Assembly (NCBI GenBank): GCA_019057375.1
Contig: DXJF01000022.1
Span: 1 to 46,522 of the forward strand
Direction of reading: 5' to 3'
Origin: Candidatus Heimdallarchaeota archaeon
GTDB taxonomy: Archaea > Asgardarchaeota > Heimdallarchaeia > Heimdallarchaeales > Heimdallarchaeaceae
Length of the DNA stretch: 46,522 nt
In this document: piece after piece, positions 8,914 to 16,900 of the stretch
How positions within the stretch are numbered: position 1 is the stretch's first letter
How the letters are laid out: every line of letters begins with the position of its first letter
The notes under the pieces: generated by a model
Seen by the model: only the letters and a program-made list of their open reading frames with translations
What the model was told of the DNA's origin: nothing
Database searches by the model: none
Translations under genes and position numbers: made by a program

Positions 8914-10521
8914 ATGGAATTGCTATCAATGACTGTTGCTCTTCATAATTATTTGAAAGGAATAAACCTCGATGAATTCGTTGTCAATGTAAAGGACAGG
9001 AGTAAATTTGAAGAAATTCTTACCCATCTTGGGTTAGACTCTAACTTTTCACTAGAGAAGTTTGTTGAACATCTGTTGTATGAGAGTAAAATATTCCTTA
9101 ACAAAGAAAAACGAAAAGAAGCCTTGATTATATTAAAAGCTACTAAGCCCTTGCTTAATCTGGTTCCAAAGTATTTGAGCGCGTTCTTCTATCTCACTTT
9201 AACTGATTCATTTATTCTAGCTAATGATTATGAAGGAGCAACAAAATCTGTTAATCGTGCAAATTCTATAGCTGAAGAACTGAATGATCCTAGGCTTATA
9301 GTAAGAGTTCTAAATCTCATGTTTGTTATTAATAGAACTGTTTTGAAGGACAAAGCTGTAGAATTTTTACTTAAATCTAAGGAAATCTCTGAAAAGAATG
9401 AATTCTATGAAAATATAGTTTTTTGTGATGTTAATATTGGTTTGATGCACTTTTTCAAAAAAGAATACAGTAAAGCTGCTGAATATTGCTCATATGTAAT
9501 TGATCTCATTACGACAAAGAAATATCCTAATAATAAGTTGATTATGCCAGCTGATTGTTTTCTTCAGATCTTTTCTGAAAGCCCAGAACTTGTTGCTAAT
9601 CCTAAGAACCAAGATATGATTTTGAAAGGTGTCACTGTTGTACTTAGAACTATCAAACAATTCAAATCAGATTATGAAGCAACTCGAAGACTTTCTATAC
9701 TTGTAAGTTTTCTAAAACTTTCTGAAAACTTAATTGAACGCTCTCTGAAAGAAATCGATTTGTTTATTGAGAATCTTCCCAAGGATAAAAGATCTCTTTA
9801 TTATTATGGAATCGCAAATGGGATAGCCAATTTCAAAGATTATAAAGTGTCACTAGTTTATTTTGAGAAAGCAATAAGTCAGATGAAAAACCTGAAGGAT
9901 GAAGAACAAAGAAGAATAAAGAAAAACTATGCATATACTCTTTCTATCACCATGGAAACTACAATGATTTACGATTTGGAGACTTCACAACAGACATCTC
10001 AAAGGCTTAAAGGATTAAGAATTAAAACAAATGAAGATAATCTCGCTGGGAAAAAAGACAAGCAAATTAATTATAGAAATTCAGTAAGTGATTCAGATGC
10101 GGTTTTTGGTGTAAAAAGAGATTTTTTGGAGAAAAAATTGCTCAACAGTATTAAGAATCATTATACACAAAGAGAAATAATAACTGGTTTTTCATATCAG
10201 AACAGTAGAAACGACATCTTGAACCATTTGGAGATGTTTGTAATAAATGCACTTAACCAGAATGATGAATTATTATCACTTCTCTTAGTGGGTACAACAA
10301 TTAGTGAAAAAGACTCAAAGAAGAAGAAGCGTACTTTTACAGGATACCAAATTCTAGGTCATAGGGTGCCTAAGTCAATATTAGATACAAAACACTTCGA
10401 AGACTTTGATATCAAATTCCTTTATGATTTAGTTACTGCTCCCCAAAAGTTTAAACAAATTGAGATTATAACTCCACACGAATCTTTAGAAACAGACTAT
10501 AAGAGAATTTTAAGCAAATAG
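8914..10521 (+). CDS. TPR-like helical repeat protein with unknown C-terminal domain
   Basis: 535 aa. TPR-like motifs such as 'NIGLMHFFKKEYSKAAEY' and 'LVYFEKAI'. Confidence 0.55.
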   Translation: MELLSMTVALHNYLKGINLDEFVVNVKDRSKFEEILTHLGLDSNFSLEKFVEHLLYESKIFLNKEKRKEALIILKATKPLLNLVPKYLSAFFYLTLTDSFILANDYEGATKSVNRANSIAEELNDPRLIVRVLNLMFVINRTVLKDKAVEFLLKSKEISEKNEFYENIVFCDVNIGLMHFFKKEYSKAAEYCSYVIDLITTKKYPNNKLIMPADCFLQIFSESPELVANPKNQDMILKGVTVVLRTIKQFKSDYEATRRLSILVSFLKLSENLIERSLKEIDLFIENLPKDKRSLYYYGIANGIANFKDYKVSLVYFEKAISQMKNLKDEEQRRIKKNYAYTLSITMETTMIYDLETSQQTSQRLKGLRIKTNEDNLAGKKDKQINYRNSVSDSDAVFGVKRDFLEKKLLNSIKNHYTQREIITGFSYQNSRNDILNHLEMFVINALNQNDELLSLLLVGTTISEKDSKKKKRTFTGYQILGHRVPKSILDTKHFEDFDIKFLYDLVTAPQKFKQIEIITPHESLETDYKRILSK

Positions 10522-10524
10522 AAC

Positions 10525-11322
10525 TCAATTGAACATTGTGAGTATCGTTTGTTTAAGTTGATTTATTTTTTCAGCTGAATATTGAAAGTTCTTCATTTCA
10601 TCTATAGCTTTGAACATGTAGTCCTTTGCTTTTGATTTCTTGTCCAATTCAAAAAATACTCTCCCAATTAGAATAGATAATAAGATGACTTGATCTTTAT
10701 CTTTTTGTTTTTTGAAATGATTCAGAGCATCTTGAAAAGCTTTCAAAGATTCTTCATATTTGGATTGGGATACTAATAAGTGACCCAAATCATTCTCTAC
10801 TTCAGCTTTTTTATCAAGTGCTTTAATTTTCTTATAAATCTCAATCGCCTTTTTGTATGCATTAACAGCTCTTGCAGGATAAGCAGAATATTCAACTAAA
10901 TCTGTTTGGTAAGTAAGAGCAAGTTCTTTCCATGAATCACCAAGTTTTTCCAAATTGCTCAAATTAGTAAAAGTATCTGTGGCTTGAGCTAAGTATTGTT
11001 TACTTTTTTTGAATTCCCCTTCTTCTCGGTAAATCACTCCTAGAAGAAGAGCGCATTCGCCTATTTGGGGTGAAAGATTTAATTCTTGGAATCTGCTTAT
11101 AGCTAATGAATAAAATTGACGAGCTTGGGAAAACTGGTTTATGTTGTAGTAAGCAGTACCTAATAATAATAATGTCTCAGCGGATTGCCCTTTGTTACCA
11201 ATTGAGGAAAAAATCTCTTGGGCATAAATGAGGTCCTTAATGCAGTTTTGAAAGTTTCCCTCTTGGAAATCTTTTTGTCCACGAACAAAGAAATAATTAG
11301 CATTAGTTTCTTGATCTTTCAT
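10525..11322 (-). CDS. Tetratricopeptide repeat protein
   Basis: Repeated 'LGTAYYNINQFSQARQFY', 'LGVIYREEGEFKKSKQYL' and 'LGHLLVSQSKYEESLKAF' units. Confidence 0.85.
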   Translation of the reverse strand: MKDQETNANYFFVRGQKDFQEGNFQNCIKDLIYAQEIFSSIGNKGQSAETLLLLGTAYYNINQFSQARQFYSLAISRFQELNLSPQIGECALLLGVIYREEGEFKKSKQYLAQATDTFTNLSNLEKLGDSWKELALTYQTDLVEYSAYPARAVNAYKKAIEIYKKIKALDKKAEVENDLGHLLVSQSKYEESLKAFQDALNHFKKQKDKDQVILLSILIGRVFFELDKKSKAKDYMFKAIDEMKNFQYSAEKINQLKQTILTMFN

Positions 11323-11439
11323 ACTTGGAACCCCTAGCCATTACAATAATTCTTCCTAAACTAGTACATCCTTTTTTTAATATATACTTTCTAATAGTTT
11401 TATCCGCCAATAAGAATAAAGGAAAAAAAGTGACAAAAA

Positions 11440-13197
11440 CTAACTTATGAAGAACAATGGCTTTTCTTCATAGCTTTTATTTACATTATCCCAGTCAATT
11501 TCTCGAGCAAGTGTTCTCTTCCCTGAGTCGATTATATTATTGACTCTTCTAGCATGTAAAATTTCGTTTGCTTTCCTAATAAGTGATCTTCTTTGATAAT
11601 TTGGTTCAGGTCTTGCTACTGTCAAAGCAGTTTTTGCTTGTTTTTCAGCTAAGATACCAATTACCACCTTATCTCCTTTGACGAATTCTACTAATCGAAA
11701 AACTTCAGGATTCAACTTATTTTCAAAGAAAGCTTCTTCGGGAATTATTGATAGTATCTTCTCAATATAACTAACTGATATAAACCTTTTAGCTATTTCT
11801 ACGATACCAATCACTGGATCTAAGAATTCAGTAGGAAACCGAATGGGTGATTCAGAATAGAAAACTGTTGGCTGGGTTTGTTTCTGTTTGGATTCAATCA
11901 CACCACTAATAATAAAATTATCTTCTCGGAAGGAGTCGTAAACTTCTTCGCCTATACCAATACCAGATACACTGGTCATTATCATTTCATCCAGAATCAG
12001 TCGAGACCAAGCATCAATTGGTATCGTTTTCTTAATTGTTGATTTCCTAATTTTAGGCTCCTTTTTCTTCTTGAAAACAGAGAAAAGTTTTCTAAAGAAA
12101 CCTGTAGGCTCAGGTTGTTCTTCAATTTCAATTTTTTCTTCTGTAATTTCTCTTTCTTCCTTAACTCGTCTAAAAACATCCATTTGAGGCAAATTTTTCT
12201 TGAATTTTTCAAATGCACTAATATCTTCTAATTTTAGTTGTAGAAGAGCTTCAACTTCCTTGAGATTAATATCATCTAGAGGACTTAGTAATCCTATCCA
12301 CCCTTCAGCTGTTGCAGTCCTGGCATGAACAACAAAAAAATTGATTTCTGAGGTTATTGATTCTAGCTTATTTGTAAATCTGATATACTTTAATATATGA
12401 GGATAATCTCCACTCAACAGCTTTGTAGTACTCTTGAATTCCTTGGTAACTTGTGCAGTCTTAAGCACTGGTATAAGGGATTCAAATTTTTCACCTTTGG
12501 TTTCACCATCTTGCCATCTGAAGTAATAAAACATTGTTGATTCCTTGAAATAAGGGATTGGAACAGCTGGATTTGGTTCTCCTTCTGTTTCATTAGCAAA
12601 ATGTTTGGCAATAATCTGCGAGATAATTCCTGTTTGTTGTGATTCCATAATATTTCGAAGGTTCTTCCATTTTTCCAAGGATTTTGAAAAAATAGATTGG
12701 CACAAAGCAGTTTCAATCAGGAATGCAGCCCACCATGGTGGAATGTATTGCATTTTTTCTCCTACAAATACCAAAAGATGTCTGGTATAATAATCTGCAA
12801 CTAATGCAGCCGCTATATGTTTGGCAACTCCTCGATCAAGAAGATAGTAGAATCTCTTTCTCAATATAGACGCAACTTTGAAAGAAAATGCTACAAGATG
12901 TGTTAATTCATACCATGCTTCTTCCTTAGGTAATGACAATTTTTTCCAAAAATCAATAATTTCTTGTCTTCTTACAGAATCCTCTAGTTCAAACTTCACT
13001 TCAGAAGACATTATGATATAATCAGCAGTGTAGAGAGCAGAAAGAACTAGATTATTTGAGTTATCATAATCTGTTTGAAATTCCCCTATCAAGTCTTTAC
13101 TCATTACTTTATAACGTTCAAATAGAGTTTGAAGTTGATGAACCCTTTTAGTTTCTTGATATTCTTTCTCTAAAAATTGGTAAACAGCATCCTTCAT
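11440..13197 (-). CDS. Hypothetical protein, 585 aa
   Basis: Long, clean ORF with no recognisable motif. It is divergently transcribed from the TnpB-like locus. Confidence 0.75.
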   Translation of the reverse strand: MKDAVYQFLEKEYQETKRVHQLQTLFERYKVMSKDLIGEFQTDYDNSNNLVLSALYTADYIIMSSEVKFELEDSVRRQEIIDFWKKLSLPKEEAWYELTHLVAFSFKVASILRKRFYYLLDRGVAKHIAAALVADYYTRHLLVFVGEKMQYIPPWWAAFLIETALCQSIFSKSLEKWKNLRNIMESQQTGIISQIIAKHFANETEGEPNPAVPIPYFKESTMFYYFRWQDGETKGEKFESLIPVLKTAQVTKEFKSTTKLLSGDYPHILKYIRFTNKLESITSEINFFVVHARTATAEGWIGLLSPLDDINLKEVEALLQLKLEDISAFEKFKKNLPQMDVFRRVKEEREITEEKIEIEEQPEPTGFFRKLFSVFKKKKEPKIRKSTIKKTIPIDAWSRLILDEMIMTSVSGIGIGEEVYDSFREDNFIISGVIESKQKQTQPTVFYSESPIRFPTEFLDPVIGIVEIAKRFISVSYIEKILSIIPEEAFFENKLNPEVFRLVEFVKGDKVVIGILAEKQAKTALTVARPEPNYQRRSLIRKANEILHARRVNNIIDSGKRTLAREIDWDNVNKSYEEKPLFFIS

Positions 13198-13237
13198 TAC
13201 AAATATGTTTACTAAGGATAAATTAAATCTATCGCAA

Positions 13238-13252
13238 GAGAAAGTTTATTTT
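13238..13252 (+). promoter_or_regulatory. BRE/TATA-like promoter candidate for the upstream structured RNA
   Basis: Purine-rich GAGAAAG followed by TTTATTTT, about 25 nt before the predicted 5' stem at 13273. Confidence 0.4.
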
Positions 13253-13272
13253 TGTAAAAAAGAAATTAATTT

Positions 13273-13345
13273 TGCGTGAATTGTGATGAGGGTTTTACCG
13301 TTGGAGTTCTTAACCGTGAAATAAAAGGCACCTCTGAATTCCGCA
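13273..13345 (+). ncRNA. C/D-box-like (K-turn) structured RNA, copy 1
   Basis: Box C GTGATGA 13283-13289 and box D CTGA 13334-13337. Terminal stem TGCG(T)GAAT/ATTCCGCA with a 3-nt bulge before the GA gives K-turn geometry. Internal hairpin spans 13293-13321. Confidence 0.65.
13327..13339 (+). repeat. GGCACCTCTGAAT direct repeat, copy 1 (copy 2 at 15434-15446)
   Basis: Exact 13-bp match. TGATGAG, TTGGAG and TGAAA are also shared in the same order upstream of each copy. Confidence 0.9.
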
Positions 13346-13393
13346 TTAATTTCTTAAATAAGAGATATTTGTCTGAATAACAAATTTGCCGAG

Positions 13394-13401
13394 TTTATAA
13401 A
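13394..13401 (+). promoter_or_regulatory. TATA box for the TnpB-like gene (leaderless transcript likely)
   Basis: TTTATAAA lies 26 nt before GTG 13427. Confidence 0.45.
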
Positions 13402-13426
13402 TCAAACTTCTGATTATATAGTAGAT

Positions 13427-15388
13427 GTGACTTTGACCTCTCAAAACTCCATAAAAGATGAAAATATTGTAATCAGAACCTATCGAATGGGTGTTAGGTT
13501 TCATGGTTCAAAAGAAACTCGTCGATTATTAGAGATAGAAGCTAATTCAAGAATTGCAAGATTACAAACTGAACAAGAGGACTTTATATTTGATGACAAT
13601 GCTCATGAGATTGCTTTATCAATAGTTAACCAGAAATTAGATATACCACCTAAATTTGCTCCACGAGAAATCCAAAAATCAACAAAAAAATATTCTAACA
13701 TTGCTGATAGTGCATATTATTGGCTCTACTTGGCATCAAAAAGTACTGCAATAAGGGAAGAGAAGGTTAAGAAAATGCTTTCTTTATTCAAGATTTGGGG
13801 GTATCAGGCTGTAGAGTGGATACTTTTTGGTAGATCTCCTAGAGTTGAAAAAAGATTATATCTAGATTGGCAAGTTCGTCGTATATTTGTTATTAACTTA
13901 CTCCACAGCACTCGTAGAAAATTTGATAAGATTTGCCCAAAGGAGCTGAAACTTTCCTCAAAAATCCCAACAATATCCGAAAAAGAACTAGAACAAAACA
14001 TTAAACGATGTTCTACATCAATAACTAAAGAAATTGTCTCCTCCCAACAACAAATAACAGATAAGTCTTATGCTTTTATGGACAAATTGCATCTACTTGA
14101 GCAGAATTCGAAAATAACAGCTTCACTTCTTCATAAGTGGATAACTGAAGTAACAAGTTCACGTTGGAAGAGTTTAAAGAATTGTGCTAATTCTCTTTCT
14201 GAAGTACTTGGAAAACCAAAGGGCAGTCTGTTTTCAGCAATGCGAACAATTGTAGCCTTTGCACTTTATCCTAAAATAGGACAAACTGTATCAAAAGTAA
14301 TTAGTCAAGTACTCCTAGAAGAAATAGTTCCAAAACCATTTGAAAGAAAAAGAAAAGGAAAATTACCTATCATCCTACTCATGAAAAAAAACTATGTTGT
14401 TGTACGACCTGGAAATTCAGCAGAAATGACAAATTTAGCAAAAATACATGGTCGATTTCAGATAGGATTCACTCAGCAAGGCAAAAAAAGAATAAATGGA
14501 ACTTTGATTTTCCCAAAACGAGTTCAAACAATGTTGAAACAAGGAGCTAAAATCAAAGTACTTCAAATTAGAAGTGGATGTGCTCCAAATTACAAACTTA
14601 ATGTTTCAGTCACTTTAGAAGGTAGTCCATGGGTTTTCTTCGGATTAACAAACGTAAAATCGTTAGGTGAAAAAATAAAGTGTCCTTCTAATTTAGTAAT
14701 TGGTTTAGATATCAATCGCCTTGGAAAATACACTGTAGCGTTATCTAATGAAGTACCATTACCAAAGATAATTCTAAAGTTAATAAACAGATATCATCTA
14801 TTAACTAGAAAGATAATACCAGATTTGAATAGAAGTCTTAAATTTAGTGGAAAAAGAAAGGATAATTTAAGTTATACAAAACTCAAAGGTGAATTATCTC
14901 GAGTTTATAGGAGACGAAGTAATATATTAAGAGAAATAAAACATCAAATAACCTGTTTTATTGCTTCAACTATTGTTAGAAGTAATTGCAAAGCTTTGTG
15001 TGTAGAGGATTTGGAATTTAATCCGATTGGTTTGAAAGGAGCATTAGCTAAGATTTTCTTTTCATTTCCAGATGAAATTAACATATACGAGAAAGCAATA
15101 TCGTTGGCTTCATACTTTCTGGGTTACAAAGTTCAATTAATACCAGTTAATCCAAGCAATACTAGCAAGTATCACTATAACTGTGGAGGTAGAATAGAAA
15201 GAACTAATAGATTCTACGATAATGCCAAATGTGAGAAATGTAATGAAATGGTTAATACGCATATAAATGCTGCACGAAATATAAAGGATAAAGGAATAAA
15301 AAAGCTATCAGAATTACAGTCCCTTTCTGCATACGAGGGCAAAGACTTCAGTCTTCAAGCAAGTCAACTTACATATAGTAATGATTGA
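13427..15388 (+). CDS. tnpB: Large TnpB/Cas12-like RuvC protein
   Basis: RuvC-I VIGLDIN, RuvC-II LCVEDL, 'VNPSNTSKYHYNCG', zinc ribbon CEKC and RuvC-III-like NTHINAARNI. At 653 aa it has an expanded N-terminal helical region. Confidence 0.85.
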   Translation: MTLTSQNSIKDENIVIRTYRMGVRFHGSKETRRLLEIEANSRIARLQTEQEDFIFDDNAHEIALSIVNQKLDIPPKFAPREIQKSTKKYSNIADSAYYWLYLASKSTAIREEKVKKMLSLFKIWGYQAVEWILFGRSPRVEKRLYLDWQVRRIFVINLLHSTRRKFDKICPKELKLSSKIPTISEKELEQNIKRCSTSITKEIVSSQQQITDKSYAFMDKLHLLEQNSKITASLLHKWITEVTSSRWKSLKNCANSLSEVLGKPKGSLFSAMRTIVAFALYPKIGQTVSKVISQVLLEEIVPKPFERKRKGKLPIILLMKKNYVVVRPGNSAEMTNLAKIHGRFQIGFTQQGKKRINGTLIFPKRVQTMLKQGAKIKVLQIRSGCAPNYKLNVSVTLEGSPWVFFGLTNVKSLGEKIKCPSNLVIGLDINRLGKYTVALSNEVPLPKIILKLINRYHLLTRKIIPDLNRSLKFSGKRKDNLSYTKLKGELSRVYRRRSNILREIKHQITCFIASTIVRSNCKALCVEDLEFNPIGLKGALAKIFFSFPDEINIYEKAISLASYFLGYKVQLIPVNPSNTSKYHYNCGGRIERTNRFYDNAKCEKCNEMVNTHINAARNIKDKGIKKLSELQSLSAYEGKDFSLQASQLTYSND

Positions 15389-15452
15389 TGAGTTTCATAG
15401 TATGCATTGGAGCGTAAAAGCTATGAAAATAACGGCACCTCTGAATCTGCGC
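15319..15452 (+). ncRNA. omegaRNA-like 3' RNA containing C/D-box-like copy 2
   Basis: Hairpins lie in the CDS tail (CCCT/AGGG 15321-15339; AAGAC-TTCA-GTCTT 15342-15355). Box C TTGATGA 15385-15391 overlaps the stop codon, followed by an 8-bp stem TTTCATAG/CTATGAAA and box D CTGA 15441-15444. Confidence 0.6.
15434..15446 (+). repeat. GGCACCTCTGAAT direct repeat, copy 2
   Basis: Exact match to 13327-13339. Confidence 0.9.
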
Positions 15453-15457
15453 TTTAT

Positions 15458-16852
15458 TTATATTTCCAGCATTACTTTTTTATTTTGTTTATTCCAAAAG
15501 ATTCTGTTACGATAACTTGGCTTTGCTTTTATTGGCATTTTTTCTATTTTATTAGTCCACTCTTTGACTTTCTTTATGCTTTTAGTAAAAGCATCATTAG
15601 ACACATTGGTCATTAACTTTAATTCATCTGCAGCTGGTTTTCCTGAAACTGCCTTAATTATATCGTCAGTTTTCTTGATAAATTCTTTCTCCAGCTTGTT
15701 TCTACCATCTTCAAAAACATTTAGTCTATGTTGATAATCTTGACTAACTAGTCTTTGGAATTTCTCATTAAACCACCAGAAACTATCTGGATCGTAAAAA
15801 GCATCTGATATTTTTAGCTTCTTCTTTAAACTAGGTTTTGGAAGGAAAATGGGTTTAAAAGTACTGATACATGGAGCTGATGATCCTGTTACCCAATGAA
15901 TTTGAATATCTTTTAGAATGTGAGATACGAGGGATCCTGTTGTTTGATCTGGAATAATTATTCCTGTTGCATGATGGCATGGACTATTAGCTTTTGCTTT
16001 AGCTGGAGCCCATTTTTCCTCTTTCTCTGGTGTGACATTGTGATTTCTAAGAACGTCCATAACATCCTTGGGCGTGATTTTTCCTTTATTTTTTAACATT
16101 AGTGTAGTGGTACACTGTTGTCTCTTAAATCCCTTAGTGAAATAATGTGACCTTTGTGAAGATTCTTTTACTGCATGATAAATTCTGAATTTTGGAACAA
16201 AATCCTTTGCAAAATTAAATTCATCTTTTGATTTACTATATCCTTTTTCGATTGCATGTTTTATGAGATTGTGATGAATTAGATCATATTTGGCTCCAAT
16301 TGAAAAAGTGTTAGAAATTGTTCTAATATCTCTAACCTTCTCTGCAATCCAGTATTTATCAGCTGTTTCTAGAACCCACGCTTCTTTTTGGTCTGCAATT
16401 ATGAAAGAATTATGATAATCTCTACCTACAACACCGTAAGAACACTGTCCGCCTTGTCCATAATCCCCCAGAAGGGAAATTATGATTTCAAGAGCTGTCT
16501 TCGCAGTTTTAGCTCTTTCTAGCGTAAGTCTTATTAGATCCATACCTAGTAATCCAACATCTCTTATTGGTTCTTTACTCCAAACAGCTTCATTTCCTAT
16601 AGCTAAACCATGTTCATTTGCTCCCATCTCACATCCAAACATCCAGAAAGGTTTCATAAGGAGAACATCATATGTTTGTTCGACTTGAGGAATTGAAATA
16701 TGTGTACATTTCACTTTAGAATTTTTTGCATGCTTTTTTCCTGGAATGTATTCTATATTATGGGCTTCATTTGCAACTCGATTAGAGTTCTTACCTAGTA
16801 TAACACTCCCATCCTTTGTTGAATTTCCAACAGCCACAACAGTATCACACAT
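15458..16852 (-). CDS. Peptidase C69 / secernin-family Ntn-hydrolase (dipeptidase)
   Basis: N-terminal MCDT with Cys nucleophile, 'GKNSNR', 'MGANEHGLAIGNE' and 'GLLGMDLIRLTLERA'. Confidence 0.9.
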   Translation of the reverse strand: MCDTVVAVGNSTKDGSVILGKNSNRVANEAHNIEYIPGKKHAKNSKVKCTHISIPQVEQTYDVLLMKPFWMFGCEMGANEHGLAIGNEAVWSKEPIRDVGLLGMDLIRLTLERAKTAKTALEIIISLLGDYGQGGQCSYGVVGRDYHNSFIIADQKEAWVLETADKYWIAEKVRDIRTISNTFSIGAKYDLIHHNLIKHAIEKGYSKSKDEFNFAKDFVPKFRIYHAVKESSQRSHYFTKGFKRQQCTTTLMLKNKGKITPKDVMDVLRNHNVTPEKEEKWAPAKAKANSPCHHATGIIIPDQTTGSLVSHILKDIQIHWVTGSSAPCISTFKPIFLPKPSLKKKLKISDAFYDPDSFWWFNEKFQRLVSQDYQHRLNVFEDGRNKLEKEFIKKTDDIIKAVSGKPAADELKLMTNVSNDAFTKSIKKVKEWTNKIEKMPIKAKPSYRNRIFWNKQNKKVMLEI

Positions 16853-16900
16853 TGTAAGTATCATTAAAACTAGTTAATAAAAAAACTTTACACCGATTCT

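Larger units (their letters stand above)
13273..15452 (+). mobile_element. Putative IS200/IS605-related (TnpB-only) element or domesticated derivative, bounded by direct-repeat structured elements
   Basis: A TnpB-like gene sits between two homologous hairpin-forming direct repeats. No TnpA is present in the window, and the exact boundaries are uncertain. Confidence 0.5.

Noticed and set aside
11402-11412. ATCCGCCAATA shared with 33668-33678
   Set aside because: A single 11-mer match is expected by chance in a window this size.
13283-13321. Hammerhead ribozyme (UGAUGAG...GAAA)
   Set aside because: The core needs CUGANGA. Both copies have G or T instead of C, and no third stem with a cleavage triplet is evident.
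13427-15388. TIGR-Tas (TasR) assignment
   Set aside because: The RNAs are C/D-like, but the protein has TnpB-type split RuvC plus a zinc ribbon with no recognisable Nop domain, and there is no tandem array.
13273-15452. CRISPR array or type V CRISPR-Cas locus
   Set aside because: There are only two repeat copies, separated by a 2-kb gene. There are no regularly spaced spacers and no cas1, cas2 or cas4.
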